64,000 nucleotides of DNA from Antedon mediterranea. Its lineage: Eukaryota > Animalia > Echinodermata. Shown here piece by piece: positions 1-12,874 of this stretch. The stretch spans positions 23,201,237-23,265,236 of the forward strand of contig NC_092672.1 in the NCBI RefSeq assembly GCF_964355755.1. The letters are read 5' to 3'. How positions within the stretch are numbered: the first letter of the stretch is position 1; every line of letters begins with the position of its first letter. The position numbers and the translations under genes are program-made. The notes below the pieces were generated by a model. That model saw only the letters and a program-made list of their open reading frames with translations, was not told the origin of the DNA and ran no database searches.

Positions 1-249
1 TCAAAAGAAAGATTTTAAAATGACATAATTAATAACGATATTTTTTTACCAACCTACAATAATATTAAGCTATTCCTTATGTCTGTTTTTAGTTATTTCT
101 CATATATTATATTATGATAGAAATAAAAACAAATTAAAAAATACTAAAAAGATATATAAACTGTTGATAGAATTTTTTGAATAATAAATAAATGCCAATT
201 TAATATAGATTAAAAATTCTAATAAAACCAAAAAAGAATGAAAACTAAA

Positions 250-1790
250 CTAGATTTGAACTCGTCACTTTGACGAGCTCGGGTTATCCGCGCAAACGCA
301 ACTTGCACATATTATGTTTAAACTATATGAACGCCAACAATTATTATGCCATCCTATGACATGAATTAAATATGTTTACAGTGCTGAATTGTACCTATTT
401 TGTGTCATACAGCATATTACAGTATTTACAGAAAACAATGTATATGTTATATACAGTGTAACATACTGTAGACGAAATTACGAGACCCATCTTTTAAATC
501 CAATTATAAACACAATGACGTCATCAAATTGACATACAGTATAAAGATAACTATTTTAGAAGATAATTATCTAAATAATTACTTTAAGACAAATTTGAAG
601 AATTTTGGGCACGTAAAAGTGAGATGCGCTCTCATTTAAACGCGATGAACTTTTACGCAAGAGATGAAAATATGACTTTTTGAATTCAACTGGCCATATA
701 ATAACGTCATGACATCAGATAGACACAATATGTATATGAATTCAAATCTACAATTCAACAACTTTCATAATAAGTTTTAATCATATGGGTCACTTTTCAT
801 TACGATGAGCTATAACAGATTAAAATATACTAGGTAAAGATGCAATTAAGTAACTTATGTTATATTTTTGTATGATGACGCAATAAAAATTAAATTTGTT
901 GTAACTCATGTGAAAAAGAATTGATTGCGAAAGAACTTATTAAAATCTAGGAGAAAATGGGGTACGCATTAGCGCGATGCGCTCTACTAAATTGGATTAA
1001 CTAGAACAAAAGAGAAAAAAAATCTATTTTAAAAATTTGAGTGGCCATATGGTGACGTCAGAACATCCTGTAGGTACAAATTGTACATGAATTGATATCT
1101 ACAACTCATTAGCTTCCATAATACATTTAAAAAAACGGGGGTAACCAGCCACTCTGAGGAGCTATAACGATTCAAAATAGGTATATTTTTGCACAAATTT
1201 GCATTAAATTACCTATTCTTCAGCACATGATTATTAAAGTTTAACGTGCACATGCGTCGTTATTTTGCAATTAAAGTTCATCAAAATGAATGAAATCTGA
1301 TACAGAAGGTACAGTATGAAAAGCGAAGATCAATTTCAAAAACCATTTTCCTACTCTTTGTACGAGCTGTGCGCACAAGTGCGTGCGCAAAACGCAAAAA
1401 AATTTGAAAATTTTGAAATGCTTAAAATTGCCAGAAATGTATGCAAAATTAATTAGAAATTGCGCAATTTAAAATTTCAAATATGTGTACTCACTTAATA
1501 TTTTGCATAGCTTGCCATTTTTATCATGTTAAACATTGTTCCATATTATTAAATACACTTTTGTAAAGTTTCATTGAAAAATAAATTTTTGTTCAGAATT
1601 TATTATCAACCATACAATTTCATAAAATCGCGCGTAACTTACGCTGTGCGACTGTAAAGTCATGTAACAAATTTTCTTGCACATATACAGCTACAGGTCA
1701 ATCATATGACAAAGTTATACAATCTTATGTTGACCAGAATTAGAGATACGCTGCGAGCAAAATTTGTGTAAAGAAGAATTACATAGAAAA
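250..1790 (-). mobile_element. Non-autonomous rolling-circle (Helitron/Helentron-like) element
   Basis: Minus-strand end reads GAGCTCGTCA-AAG-TGACGAGTTC (hairpin) then AAATCTAG|T. A diverged inverted copy lies at ~44930-46136. Far boundary approximate. Confidence 0.6.
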
Positions 1791-1830
1791 AAAAAAGATC
1801 CAGAATATAAAAAAAAGCAACCAATTAAAA

Positions 1831-2168
1831 CTTAAAGGTCGCAACTACTTTAAATTAAACTATAAATACTGTATGCAATCTTAAAGGTCGCAACTACTTT
1901 AAGCTAAACTATAAATACTGTATGCAATCTTAAAGGTCGCAACTACTTTAAGCTAAACTATAAATACTGTATGAAAGGTCGCAACTACTTTAAGCTAAAC
2001 TATAAATACTGTATGCAATCTTAAAGGTCGCAACTACTTTAAGCTAAACTATAAATACTGTATGCAATCTTAAAGGTTGCAACTACTTTAAGCTAAACTA
2101 TAAATACTGTATGCAATCTTAAAGCTTGCAACTACTTTAAGCTAAACTATAAATACTGTATGCAATCT
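1831..2168. repeat. 49-bp tandem repeat, ~7 copies
   Basis: Unit CTTAAAGGTCGCAACTACTTTAAGCTAAACTATAAATACTGTATGCAAT. Confidence 0.95.
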
Positions 2169-2223
2169 TTTTATTGGTATAATACAGAAAATAATTAAAC
2201 AGCATAACCTTGATATCATTTAC

Positions 2224-5200
2224 CTTGTTTTTCAGAATCAATTTCACATGGTCCAGTGACATCATCACTAATAAACTCTATATTTCCAAGATGAAGTATA
2301 CCACTTAGAACCTACAAATAAACACATTTTCAAATTCAATTCAATAATTCAAAAAATAGAATTATAACATTACTATTAGATTTATGTATAAAAAACATCA
2401 AAGTCTATTATCACTTATTTATATACTGTACTACCATATGGTTTTCATTACCATAAATTTGTAAAAGTTGTTTTGAATCAATATACTATCATAATTGTAA
2501 AAACTAGGTAAAAGTTCACTGATGTTTACTGTCCACATGTGCTGGATTAGTTCAACCAAGGCATCTAAACACATTGCTTTGGTTCAGTTACTAATAATAT
2601 CACCACTAAGTTTAACCATGTTTTACCAGTGAATTCACTCTTCCCTGGTAAAACATGTTTGTTAAGTAACCAGTTATAATTAAGTAAAAGTTTCTTACTT
2701 TAAATAATTCTTGTTGCTGTGACCTGCTAAGTCCAACATTAGACATCGCTTACTAACTAATGAAGTAAAAGTTTCTTACTTTAAATAATTCTTGTTGCTT
2801 TGACCTGCTAAGTCCAACATTAGACATCGCTTACTAACTAATGAAGTAAAAGTTTCTTACTTTAAATAATTCTTGTTGCTGTGACCTGCTAAGTCCAACA
2901 TTAGAAATTTCTTACTAACTAATTAAGTAAAAGTTTCTTACTTTAAATAATTCTTGTTGCTGTGACCTGCTAAGTCCAACATTACACATTGCTTGCTTTG
3001 TAACTATAAAATCTTGTTTATCCTTTTGATTACATGCATCTTCTGAACGGTTTAGTTTCACATAGTTTAAGTTGTCTGAACTCAATACATTTGGTAGTAA
3101 CCAGTTCCTCATTTCCCTTTCATTTGCGCCAAACAGCATCTATGATAATTTGAAAGAAGAAATGTTAATGATATTATTAAAAAGACTAATAATGAGAATA
3201 ATATAAACTAATAATATATTTCATGCTTTGATAACATTAGTAGAGTGAGTGCTTTCTTGCGCTATATTACAAAATATTACAAAGTGACAATTTTGTTTCA
3301 AGATGTTTAATATCAGTACCAGAAAGATCCTTTTCACATCTGCCTACATTGATCTCCAGACTTATTACATGTTTTCATATTTACTCACGAACCTTGTGAA
3401 ATCACGGGAAAAGTATTGTCATTGTATAGTTGACGGTGCTATCATTAGTACAATCTCAAGTTTGTGAGAAAAAAAAAGTCACGCTTCGATACTTTCAAAC
3501 AGGTGTACGGTCAGTTAAATACCAGGACAAAGCACAAATGCGCAGAACAAACAAAAAAACAGGCCCCTGTGAATATCAGTAGAATTTTAACAACCTGATT
3601 AAAACCAAAGGGTATATGTTTGCTATTAGCCTACTCACTTTAGAAACATGGCAACAGAAATATGCAAATGTATCACAGTTTCCAGCAGTTAAGTTAAACA
3701 GTTGGTTATCCGGTTTAAAGGTACACAAAAATGAAACATAACTAATACTAACTTGGTAAAAGATGTGAAAATTCCTGGCACCATCACATTGATAAACAAC
3801 TCTAGTTTTCTCAAGAAGATATGTCTGAATAGAAGCACCAACAACATGATTTCCACTGAAAACAAAATTGTAAAGTTAAAATAAGAATTCCTCTTGTGTG
3901 TAATTTCATTCTTCCCTGCTATGACACACAAAATGGCATATGTAGAAACTCAAAATGCATGGCCTGTATACAGTATGTTGGTTGAACATTGACAAATAAA
4001 AATAATGTATGAAACTTACCGACTGAATTGTAGCTGAATGTACTTTCCAAAGCGGCTACTATTGTGATTCCTGGTTGTGCTAGCATTGCCTACGAAAATG
4101 AAATAATAGTTGTCTAACAGAGATGGAGTTGTAGGGAGGTGTAGGGTACTGGGTGGCAAAAGATTAATATTACTGTATATATATATACTGGTGCAGGCCA
4201 TCAAATATTGCCATCAATTGCAATTAATTCTACTAGTCTTAATGATACCAAATCTGCCAAAAATTTAATTTGAGCATAAAATCTCACCAAATTCATATTT
4301 AGAACATACTGTAAGTTGGCCACTGCTGATCAACAGTTTTAGCCTATATATTATATTAGGAGTTTAAAGGATTTTGGCACCATGACTGAAGGTTAAAGAT
4401 TATGCAGGAATTACAAAATGTAAAATCAGTACACAAACTGCTTTAAATTATCATTTTAAATTTCATTTTACATAAAGCGTTAATCAATTTTAGGTTAGGT
4501 GTAGCTTTATTTATTTATTTTTAAATCAGTATGATATTTATTGACTTTTATATTTCAGTTTTCTCAGGGAAGAGTTAAATTACAATTTAATTTAACTCTT
4601 CCCTGGTTTTCTTGTAATTTTAATGGTACACTATCATTATGCTCATTTTTATTTGGTTCTCATCTCTTTATCGACTGTTCTTATTCTATTTTTTCTTTAT
4701 CTGTTGATGATAATGATGATGAATATAGAAAATTTGATATATTGATATGATTTAAAAATTCTGATTTTGTATATTTAACAAAAATAAAGGTCCAACTTCT
4801 AGCGATCTTTATTAGGACCATAACAGTACATAGATGTTTTTACATTTGAGAATGACATGTGTATCTTACTGTACTTTATTAAAGATAAACATAATAATTA
4901 CCAAATGCTTCAAGAATAGGATTTGAGTCTAATATTCTACGTTCAATGCAATCTGCTGGTGATGGTGTAAAACCACTATGAACAAAAAAGACAACAAGTT
5001 ATCACAAATAAGTAACAAAACAGAGACAAATCTATAATTATGATGAAATAAAAACTGTAATTTTACATACATGAGATTGTTTAATGATATTAATGTGTTT
5101 ATTTTTATTACCCAGGGTTACATACTGCCACCATTGTCAGATATTTTAGTAAACATCTTGCATTCCATGTCTGTAATAAAACAATAATAAATGACAGAGA

Positions 5201-6241
5201 ATAACAAACGTTTTTGTATGCTCACAAAAAATATTGACTAAACTGCATTTGTGAAAATGGGTTGCCAACATTCCCTCTTTGCACGTCTGGCAAGCATTTA
5301 TGTGACATTCAATAAATGCTGATTTTGTAACAGTGTCCTTTGAAACAGTAAAAACAAATTATAGCACTCTCTATTACTTGTCCATGCTTTTAGCCTCTCT
5401 ATTTTTATTTAAGTTTGGGCCTCTCCATTATTTCAAAATAAACAAGAAATGGTTTTAAAGGTAAAAAATTGACTCTGATTGCATTGGTGAAAACAAACGT
5501 AAAACTGAAATTGTTGAATTACCTTTCCAGAACCACTTTCACCGCTGACAATTATTGACTGATTAATCTTGTCTAGTCTTCTAGTAAGATTACACAAAGC
5601 TGTTTCTGCAATTCCAAATACATGTGGTGGGTGTGCCTGAAAAAAAATAAAATAAAAAGATGTATATTCCCCAAAAAACATGAAAATGAGGATTAATAAA
5701 ATCAAGCCATTTTGCTGTTTTAAAAAAGTTATTCATTTTAAAGAAATAAAAACAAACAAATATAGTGTTTTTACTTTAAAAAAAGACAAAATTAATGGTT
5801 AAACTTAACCAAATGTTAAAAAATTACAGTTTTTCAGGTAAATAATGTTTTTTTTCCAATTTTTGGTCAAAGTGAATAACTACAGTATTATGTGACATAA
5901 AATAGCATATTCAGCAAAACAATTATCTTTTCAGAGGAGCTCTGCATATATCTCTAAGTTCTCACTTCTAAGTGCAACTGAGGACATTTTAATATTTTTG
6001 CCCAATATTGAAGATAAAGTGAAGTCAAGATTTTAATAGTGATGTCACCAACATATAAATTTTCCTAAAAATCAATAGTATACTAGCGAATCATTGTTTA
6101 CCTTTTGATCACTATGGTAACGATGAATCATATGAACATCAAAATGTCCAGTTTCTTTGAAAGGATTTAAAGTAACAAGGGTGTTGCCAGTCTGAGTGTG
6201 GTATCTACCAGCTAAGTAGCGCTCACGTAAACAGTTCAGCA
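2224..6241 (-). CDS. MYO19: Unconventional myosin XIX-like motor domain, internal exons; gene continues beyond window start
   Basis: Phase-compatible GT/AG exons: 6102-6241 ([14 protein letters not shown]), 5523-5636 ([18 protein letters not shown]), 5112-5170 ([10 protein letters not shown]), 4902-4975 ([16 protein letters not shown]), 4020-4089 ([16 protein letters not shown]), 3753-3855 ([19 protein letters not shown]), 2942-3139, 2224-2311 (ILHLGNI). GKTW..RCL after the P-loop resembles class XIX. Confidence 0.88.
2682..2985. repeat. 81-bp tandem repeat x4 containing a myosin exon end and its splice donor
   Basis: AAGTAAAAGTTTCTTAC recurs at 2682, 2763, 2844 and 2925. Confidence 0.9.
5655..5930 (+). 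repeat. Dispersed degenerate DNA-transposon-like repeat; other copies ~11060-11350, ~53985-54060 (minus), ~58385-58600
   Basis: Shared blocks CCCAAAAA(C/T)ATGAA.AATGA and TTTTGGTCAAAGTGAA.AACT. Confidence 0.55.
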
Positions 6242-6269
6242 CTATGAACAGAAAAACTTAGGTTAAGAA

Positions 6270-6420
6270 CAAGTGTGTTGCCAGTTTGAGTGTGGTATCT
6301 ACCAGCTAAGTACCGCTCAAGTGTGTTGCCAGTCTGAGTGTGGTATCTACCAGCTAAGTACCGCTCACGTAAACAGTTCAGCACAACGAACAGAAATATT
6401 AGGTTAAGTAACAAGTGTGT
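6270..6420 (-). repeat. Partial tandem copies of the myosin exon 6102-6241 5' end
   Basis: GTGTTGCCAGTCTGAGTGTGGTATCTACCAGCTAAGTA occurs three times in 6180-6365; the copied acceptor is mutated AG>TG. Confidence 0.85.
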
Positions 6421-6424
6421 TGTT

Positions 6425-6800
6425 CTATCTGTTAATTTAATATCTATCATCTTTCGCAACATTTTCCTGTGATATATATCTATACTCTCTTGTAATTTTT
6501 TGTTTAGTACCCAGAGTTCACTGTTATATAAGAAAATACTTGCTCTGTATGCGTCAAACAAACGGGATTTCACGTCTATAGACATCGTTTTGTGTTCTAG
6601 CGACGGCTTCAGCTTGTTATATGCCATAGCTGCTAGTGATTTTCTTCTTTCTCCATTATTGTTCGTTTTTCCTTTACCATATCTTCCTACACATTGTGGG
6701 TAATCATGATGGCTGTCCCCCGTTTTTGCATTCATATCTCCAGCTAATATTAGGATATCTCTGTTTTTTGCTTCATTTAATGCTTCTTGTACTTCGTCTA
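6425..6800 (-). mobile_element. Internally deleted LINE ORF2 fragment (APE endonuclease piece joined to post-RT piece)
   Basis: LILAGDMNAKTG..GRYGKGKTNNNGER joined directly to KSRLFDAY..SIFLYNSELW. Confidence 0.8.
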
Positions 6801-6849
6801 CTATACTACTATGCATGACAGAGAGAATATCAACAGCATTTTCCTTTAC

Positions 6850-6921
6850 CTTTTTAAAACGACATGCTGGTTTCTTTTTAACTTGGGGTGGAAAGCATCT
6901 AGGCCTAGATTTAGTAATAAT
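6850..6921 (-). CDS. Putative myosin exon 2
   Basis: TTTTTTCAG acceptor, AAG|GTAAAG donor, 24 open codons, phase 0-0; no homology support. Confidence 0.35.
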
Positions 6922-7515
6922 CTGAAAAAAATAGCGAAATTCCAAATTTTTACAAACAAATTTTTATGAACATATAACCACTTGTGACCTAGCCTAGCTA
7001 GGAATTTAAATGGTTAGCAGAAAAGTGTAGTCGGTCTGATTTGATTTGAATTGATTAGAAAATCATCATAAAAAATACATACAAAAGAAAGTGATAACAT
7101 AAATTACTGACATTACAAATAATACAATTATAAAAGATTTTGCAGGATAGCTCAAAAAGCTTAGGCCTAAATAAACATTCATCCCTTATAGTACCAGACA
7201 AATATTGACCAGAACCAGCAATCAGCAACGCTCCATACCGAACACCCGATTTTATCGGAACCAAAATAAAACGTTATCGATTTTACCATTATATCAAACA
7301 TAAAACTACCGCATTGGGCCCTGCGCTAATATGATCGGGCCCAGCAAATGAGACGATAGAGACCAAACTGGTTCCTAACACATGAGACGATCGGGCCAAC
7401 GCATGAGACGATTGGGACCACGTTTTCTGGGCCCAAGACGATCGGGCAGCAAATAAAAACAATTTACTGTGATAACCGGCCTAGACTTAGGTTAGGCCTA
7501 ATATAGTAATAATAC

Positions 7516-8278
7516 GATTTTGATCCAAGTCGGCCCTAACCGTCTCGGGCAAAGTCAAGTCGGCCCCAAGTCAAGTCGGCCCGTAGTCAACTCGGCCTCA
7601 AGTCATCTCGGCCAAAAAATAATCGGTCAACTCGGCCCCATTAAAGTATGGAACGCAAAAAGTGCAAATGAAGGGGATTGATAAAATAATATTTCTTCAA
7701 AATTTTTTAACTATGAATAATTCTGACTTATAATGAATATTAATATTTAGACAATAATATATTTAGCAAAAAAAATAGGAATGATTTCACCAACTTTCCT
7801 TTATTTACGTTTAATAAAATTTCAAATTGCACAATTGAAAACAATTCGTAGCTGCGCCTCCCTGCGCGTTTGGCAGCTTTTTCGATATCTACAACTGCTA
7901 TGTGTTTTCGCTGACCGGGGGATTCCCCTTTTTTAAAAACGCAAAGCATGGACAAAAACGATGTACGATCATTTTTTCTATGGCCAAATGTGATGAAACG
8001 TAGGCCTCCGTCCGTAACACGCGGGTACTTCTATTCATATCGGCAATGAGTTCATTTTTTTATATGATATTATTTAATTATATTATATTTTTTATTTCTT
8101 CATTTTTTAGAGTGGATAGGCCTAAGCCTAGTAATAATCATAATAACATTAAGTACTTTTTGCGTTCCATATTTTATTGTGGCCGAGTTGACGTGAGGCC
8201 GAGTTGACTTGGGGCCGACTTGACGTGGGGCCAACTTGACTTTGGCCGAGACGGTTGGGGCCGACTTGACCTGCACCC
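7516..8278. mobile_element. MITE with long inverted arms of short GTCAAGTCGGCC repeats, 8-bp TSD (MULE-like)
   Basis: AATAATAC at 7508-7515 and 8279-8286; arms 7525-7665 and 8150-8278 are inverted. Confidence 0.75.
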
Positions 8279-8358
8279 AATAATACCCTACCCAGGCCTA
8301 CCTACCTAGCCTAGCTAGGCCTAGAGGCTACTCTAGGGCCAGGCTATAGTAGTATATA

Positions 8359-9109
8359 GGGCGCTACTGCAGTTTCGCACCACACCGTTATATCTTTGAT
8401 TTCTCACCAAAACTTTCCTTTTTCAAACTCACAACATAATATTATGCAACATGTTTATACGATTCGACCACTTACGAAGTAATTTTTTTTAAATAACAAT
8501 ACTTTTCAAACATTTTAAACCATACTGAACTCGCTGTCAACACACTGCGAAATGTTCGCCATCTTATTATATTTATCACTTAATTGCCAGAATGTATGCT
8601 TCATTTTCCCCAAAAAAATGTAGAAACTATAGAAGGCAGTGTTATAAAATACGATTACACAATATATATAGGCTTATTTAGTTTTGAAAGGCAAGAATGT
8701 TTTCAGCTGGTGAAATAGAGGTTAAATTAATATTTCATTATTAGTATTATTATTCATATTAAAAGGTCCTTATGTACGGACTCATATCGTCGCCGTTTTG
8801 ATATGTACAGCTGGTTCGTTATAAAAACCACTCTTTGCAGTTTAAAAATAAAAACAGAAAATAAAACATACATTGATTTCTGCTCTGGCAATTTTCTGAT
8901 TCTAAAATGGCCACAGTTCGATCAAAGTATTCGCGGAAAAAGAGCGGTTTTGAAAGGCATTTTTTATTGTGATAAAGGTAATATAACGGTGGCTAAATCA
9001 TGGGAACATGTTACAGAATGGCCCAAAACTGTATGATGTGGGTGTGAGAAAAAAAATTAAGCGAGAAGTCGAAGATATAACAGTGTGGTGCGAAACTGCA
9101 GTGGCGCCG
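8359..9109. mobile_element. MITE with ~50-bp TIRs in a TATA site
   Basis: GGCGCTACTGCAGTTTCGCACCACAC versus GTGTGGTGCGAAACTGCAGTGGCGCC. Confidence 0.85.
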
Positions 9110-9689
9110 TATATAGGCCTAGCCTAGCCTAACTAGCTGGGGCCTAGGCCTAGCTAGATTTATTGCACCTGACCTGCATTATCCTACATAATTGCCTGTA
9201 CCTAGCCTAGAATTAAATTCTAGTTACAAGTTGTACTTGGATATCAAACTGTCTCTATTTGGTCGTCTTGAGCCTCAAGAGAATAGCAACTATGTATGAG
9301 CTGTAATAAACAGTAAGTACAGTATAGAAATCATATATCGACTAGCATTAAAATTAAAAGTAGGAGTCTGTAGTACAGTGAAAAATTTCATTTCAAAATT
9401 TTAGCAAAATTGCTAATCAAACTGATTTAGTCGAGAAACATAGTTTTGTATTGTATTTTTTGCTACACAATTTTCGAAATGTGTAGCAATAAGGTTGTTT
9501 TGTATAGCTTTTTGCTATGCCACACTGGCGAAATTATTCCTTGTAGTAGATAAAAGAGACGTTCAAAACAGGTTAAACAAGAATATTTCTTACAAAAAAC
9601 GCTGCTCGCTTATTGTTATTGCTAAGGTCAAGTCTGGGGCCCAGTGGGCAAAAATTGGTTGAATTAACGTTAATTCAACGTTATCTGCA

Positions 9690-10350
9690 AACGTTGAAAT
9701 AACGTTGAAAAAGTGGTTGAAAATGAAAGTTTGCCTCAACGTAAATGTCAACGTTGAATCAACATAGAAATTATCAACGTTGAAACAACGTTAAAATAAG
9801 TAACGTTGAAATAACGTTGAAAAAATGGTTGAAAATGAAAGTTTGCCTCAACATAAATGTCAACGTTGAATCAACATAGAAATCATCAACGTTGAAACAA
9901 CGTTAAAATAAGTAACGTTGAAATAACGTTGAAAAAATGGTTGAAAATGAAAGTTTGCCTCAACTTAAATGTCAACGTTGAATCAACATAGAAATTATCA
10001 ACGTTGAAACAACGTTAAAATAGGTAACGTTGAAATAACGTTGAAAAAATGGTTGAAAATGAAAGTTTGCCTCAACGTAAATGTCAACGTTGAATCAACA
10101 TAGAAATTATCAACGTTGAAACAACGTTAAAATAGGTAACGTTGAAATAACGTTGAAATAACGTTGAAAATGAAAGTTTGCCTCAACGTAAATGTCAACG
10201 TTGAATCAACATAGAAATTATCAACGTTGAAACAACGTTAAAATAAGTAACGTTGAAATAACGTTGAAAAAATGGTTGAAAATGAAAGTTTGCCTCAACA
10301 AAAATGTCAACGTTGATTCAACATAGATTATCAACGTTGAAACAACGTAA
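9690..10350. repeat. 112-bp AACGTT-rich tandem array, ~6 copies (left arm)
   Basis: GAAAATGAAAGTTTGCC at 9719, 9831, 9943 and onward. Confidence 0.95.
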
Positions 10351-11511
10351 AAATGTCTATGTTGAAATTATCAATGTTGATTCAATGTTGAAATTATTAA
10401 CGTTGAAACAACGTAATAATTAAGTTGAAATGAAAATTTGCATCAACGTAAATTTAAACATAGATTTAACGTTAAAATTTGATTTGTTGAATTACTATAT
10501 CCAATTTGAATCAACGGTTTTAAAGTAGTTAGTAGTAAAGGTACTGTTACGTCGCAGAATCCATCAATAGAGACATTTTATAAATACTGTATACCTTACT
10601 AATCTTTAATTTCTATAAAAACATAAAATAACATTTAATCAGGTGTTATCAAATCATCAGGCAAAATCCAAGCAACAATCAAATAATGTACATCCTCACT
10701 GACAGTTCTCAGGTACCAATGTTAAGTATAAAAAATATACAAATAACCAGTTTGTAATATGTTTGCCAACTAACATGATTGAATAACTATAAATATTGGC
10801 TGATTACAGTAAAACACAATAAATACAACACACGTCACAGGTGCCTTGTGCTAATGTTGCAGAAGTCCAAATGATGGCAATAACACAATACTGTAATTGC
10901 ATTGTTCCGATTAGTCAATAAACAGTTGCCTCGATTCCTGTGTTGACATTGTCCTATGCTTTCCAAAAGTGTGGCAATATTATTTTTCCAAACCTGAAAC
11001 AAATTCAATCAAGTTATTGTAGTTTTAAACAAAAATAATACAGTAAAAAATTAATTGTTGAAAGATTTATTGTCCCCAAAAAATATGAACAATGAAGATT
11101 AATACAATCATACTTTGAATACCTTGCCATTTTGCAATTTTAACAATTTAGATATTCACTTGCCGTAGAAAATAAACAAAAACAATAAAGATTTCACTTA
11201 ACAAAAATACAAAATAAACAGTACATTTAACCAAAAACCAATTGTTTGTTTAAATTGTCCCCCTTTTAAGGTACAAATGCATTTTTAAAAATCTAATTTT
11301 TGGTCAAAGTGAACAACTCTATAGTGACGGCATATTCAACAAAACATTTAAAAAAAAATTGTTCAGTTCAATTATATCTTTAACACATTGTTCAAAAATC
11401 ATACTGTACATAAACAAAAATTCAATTCAGAACATCATTTCACACTTACACGTAACATATGCAATCAATTCAATTTATGTAAATAATATTGCAACACTGT
11501 ATTAATATTTA

Positions 11512-12499
11512 CGCCGTGGTTAGGATTCCGGCACCGAAACTCAACTGCCCAGCGTTAGGGAATCCGACACGCTATTGCGCATGCCCAGAGCAAGGTAATC
11601 GGCGATTTTTGTCTACAACAGACCAAAGCGTGGTTCCCACTAGCGACGCAACACAAGAACGTAACGCAACGCAAGTAAATTGACCAATCACAAGCGATGG
11701 CTTATTCGCTTGTGATTGCTAACTGTCTATAACTTCGCTTGTCATTGGTTAAAACGCTTGCGTTGCGTTTATGTCCTTGCGTTACGTTCTAGTGGGAACC
11801 AAGCTTTACAGCGATGGATCATTTTAATAGCTGCGCCACGGCGAACTAGCCGGCCTACATGCCTACTAATACTAGTAGGCCTACCAGCTAGATGTGACCA
11901 TTGGGCCTATTTATTTCGTAATTAAATTTGCTTCATTCATATATAAACTTTATATATTTATGAATTATAATAATTGCATGACTAGTTTTATTTTTTATGA
12001 TTTTTCAAGTACAAAATAAAAGATTTCATATAACGCATTTATACTGTACATATTAACATCATGCAATCGTATACAAGTTGATTTGTTGACAGCAGCCGCC
12101 GTGCGGATTTGAAAAAAAAAAAACAGAACTGTTCGGGAGAAGTCGATGTCGCAACGCTACGCTATTCATTTTCGTACATTTCTTGAAATACGCAAGCTGA
12201 TTCTTATCAATATCATAATAATTATTTTAACGCGTGGCGTAATTATTAATTCATGTATGGCCTAGGCCAAGTTTCATCCATCGCTCTCTCCCCCGCGCGC
12301 CGACTAACTAGGCCACAGCAAAGATATCTTTGGCTACACAGTACATCCCTAGTTAACACTCCGACTCTCGGGTAATGTGGTGCGCGGTCTGTGGCACTAG
12401 TGCAAGCTATAATTACTTCGCTCTGGGCATGCGCAATAGCGTGTCGGATTCCCTAACGATGAGAAGTTGAGTTGCGGTGCCGGAATCCTAACGACGGCG
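11512..12499. mobile_element. Non-autonomous Mutator-like element, ~80-bp TIR, 9-bp TSD
   Basis: TSD TAATATTTA at 11503-11511 and 12500-12508; TIR CGCCGTGGTTAGGATTCCGGCACCG. Confidence 0.88.
11627..11805. mobile_element. Small PIF/Harbinger-like MITE nested in the previous element
   Basis: AGCGTGGTTCCCACTAG...CTAGTGGGAACCAAGCT with palindromic interior; TSD imperfect. Confidence 0.7.
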
Positions 12500-12874
12500 T
12501 AATATTTATTCAATTCAATATTAAAGTTAAGAACTATAAATACCAACCTTTTGTATATAAAAATATTGATCATCCATTAGATTTTTCTCGTTTGATTCAC
12601 ATAGAAAAGATTATAGGCCTACATGTACTTCATTATTTTGTACTCTAGCTAGGCATAGGCCAGGGCCTTAGCTAGGCCTACAATCTGAAATAAAGAAAGC
12701 AAGTAAGTTTAACAAATAGCCGTCCTAGGCTAGCAGCATGTGTTTGTATATTAACACTAATAATAGCATTAGCAGCTACTGTAGACAGTCTACTCTAGCA
12801 GAAAGCTAGCTAGGCCAACTAATTATATATATTATTATAATGTTATATATGTATACTTTTGGATAAATAAAGAA

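Noticed and set aside
6223-6945. 240-aa ORF as a standalone gene
   Set aside because: Mosaic of intron, LINE fragment and duplicated exon pieces.
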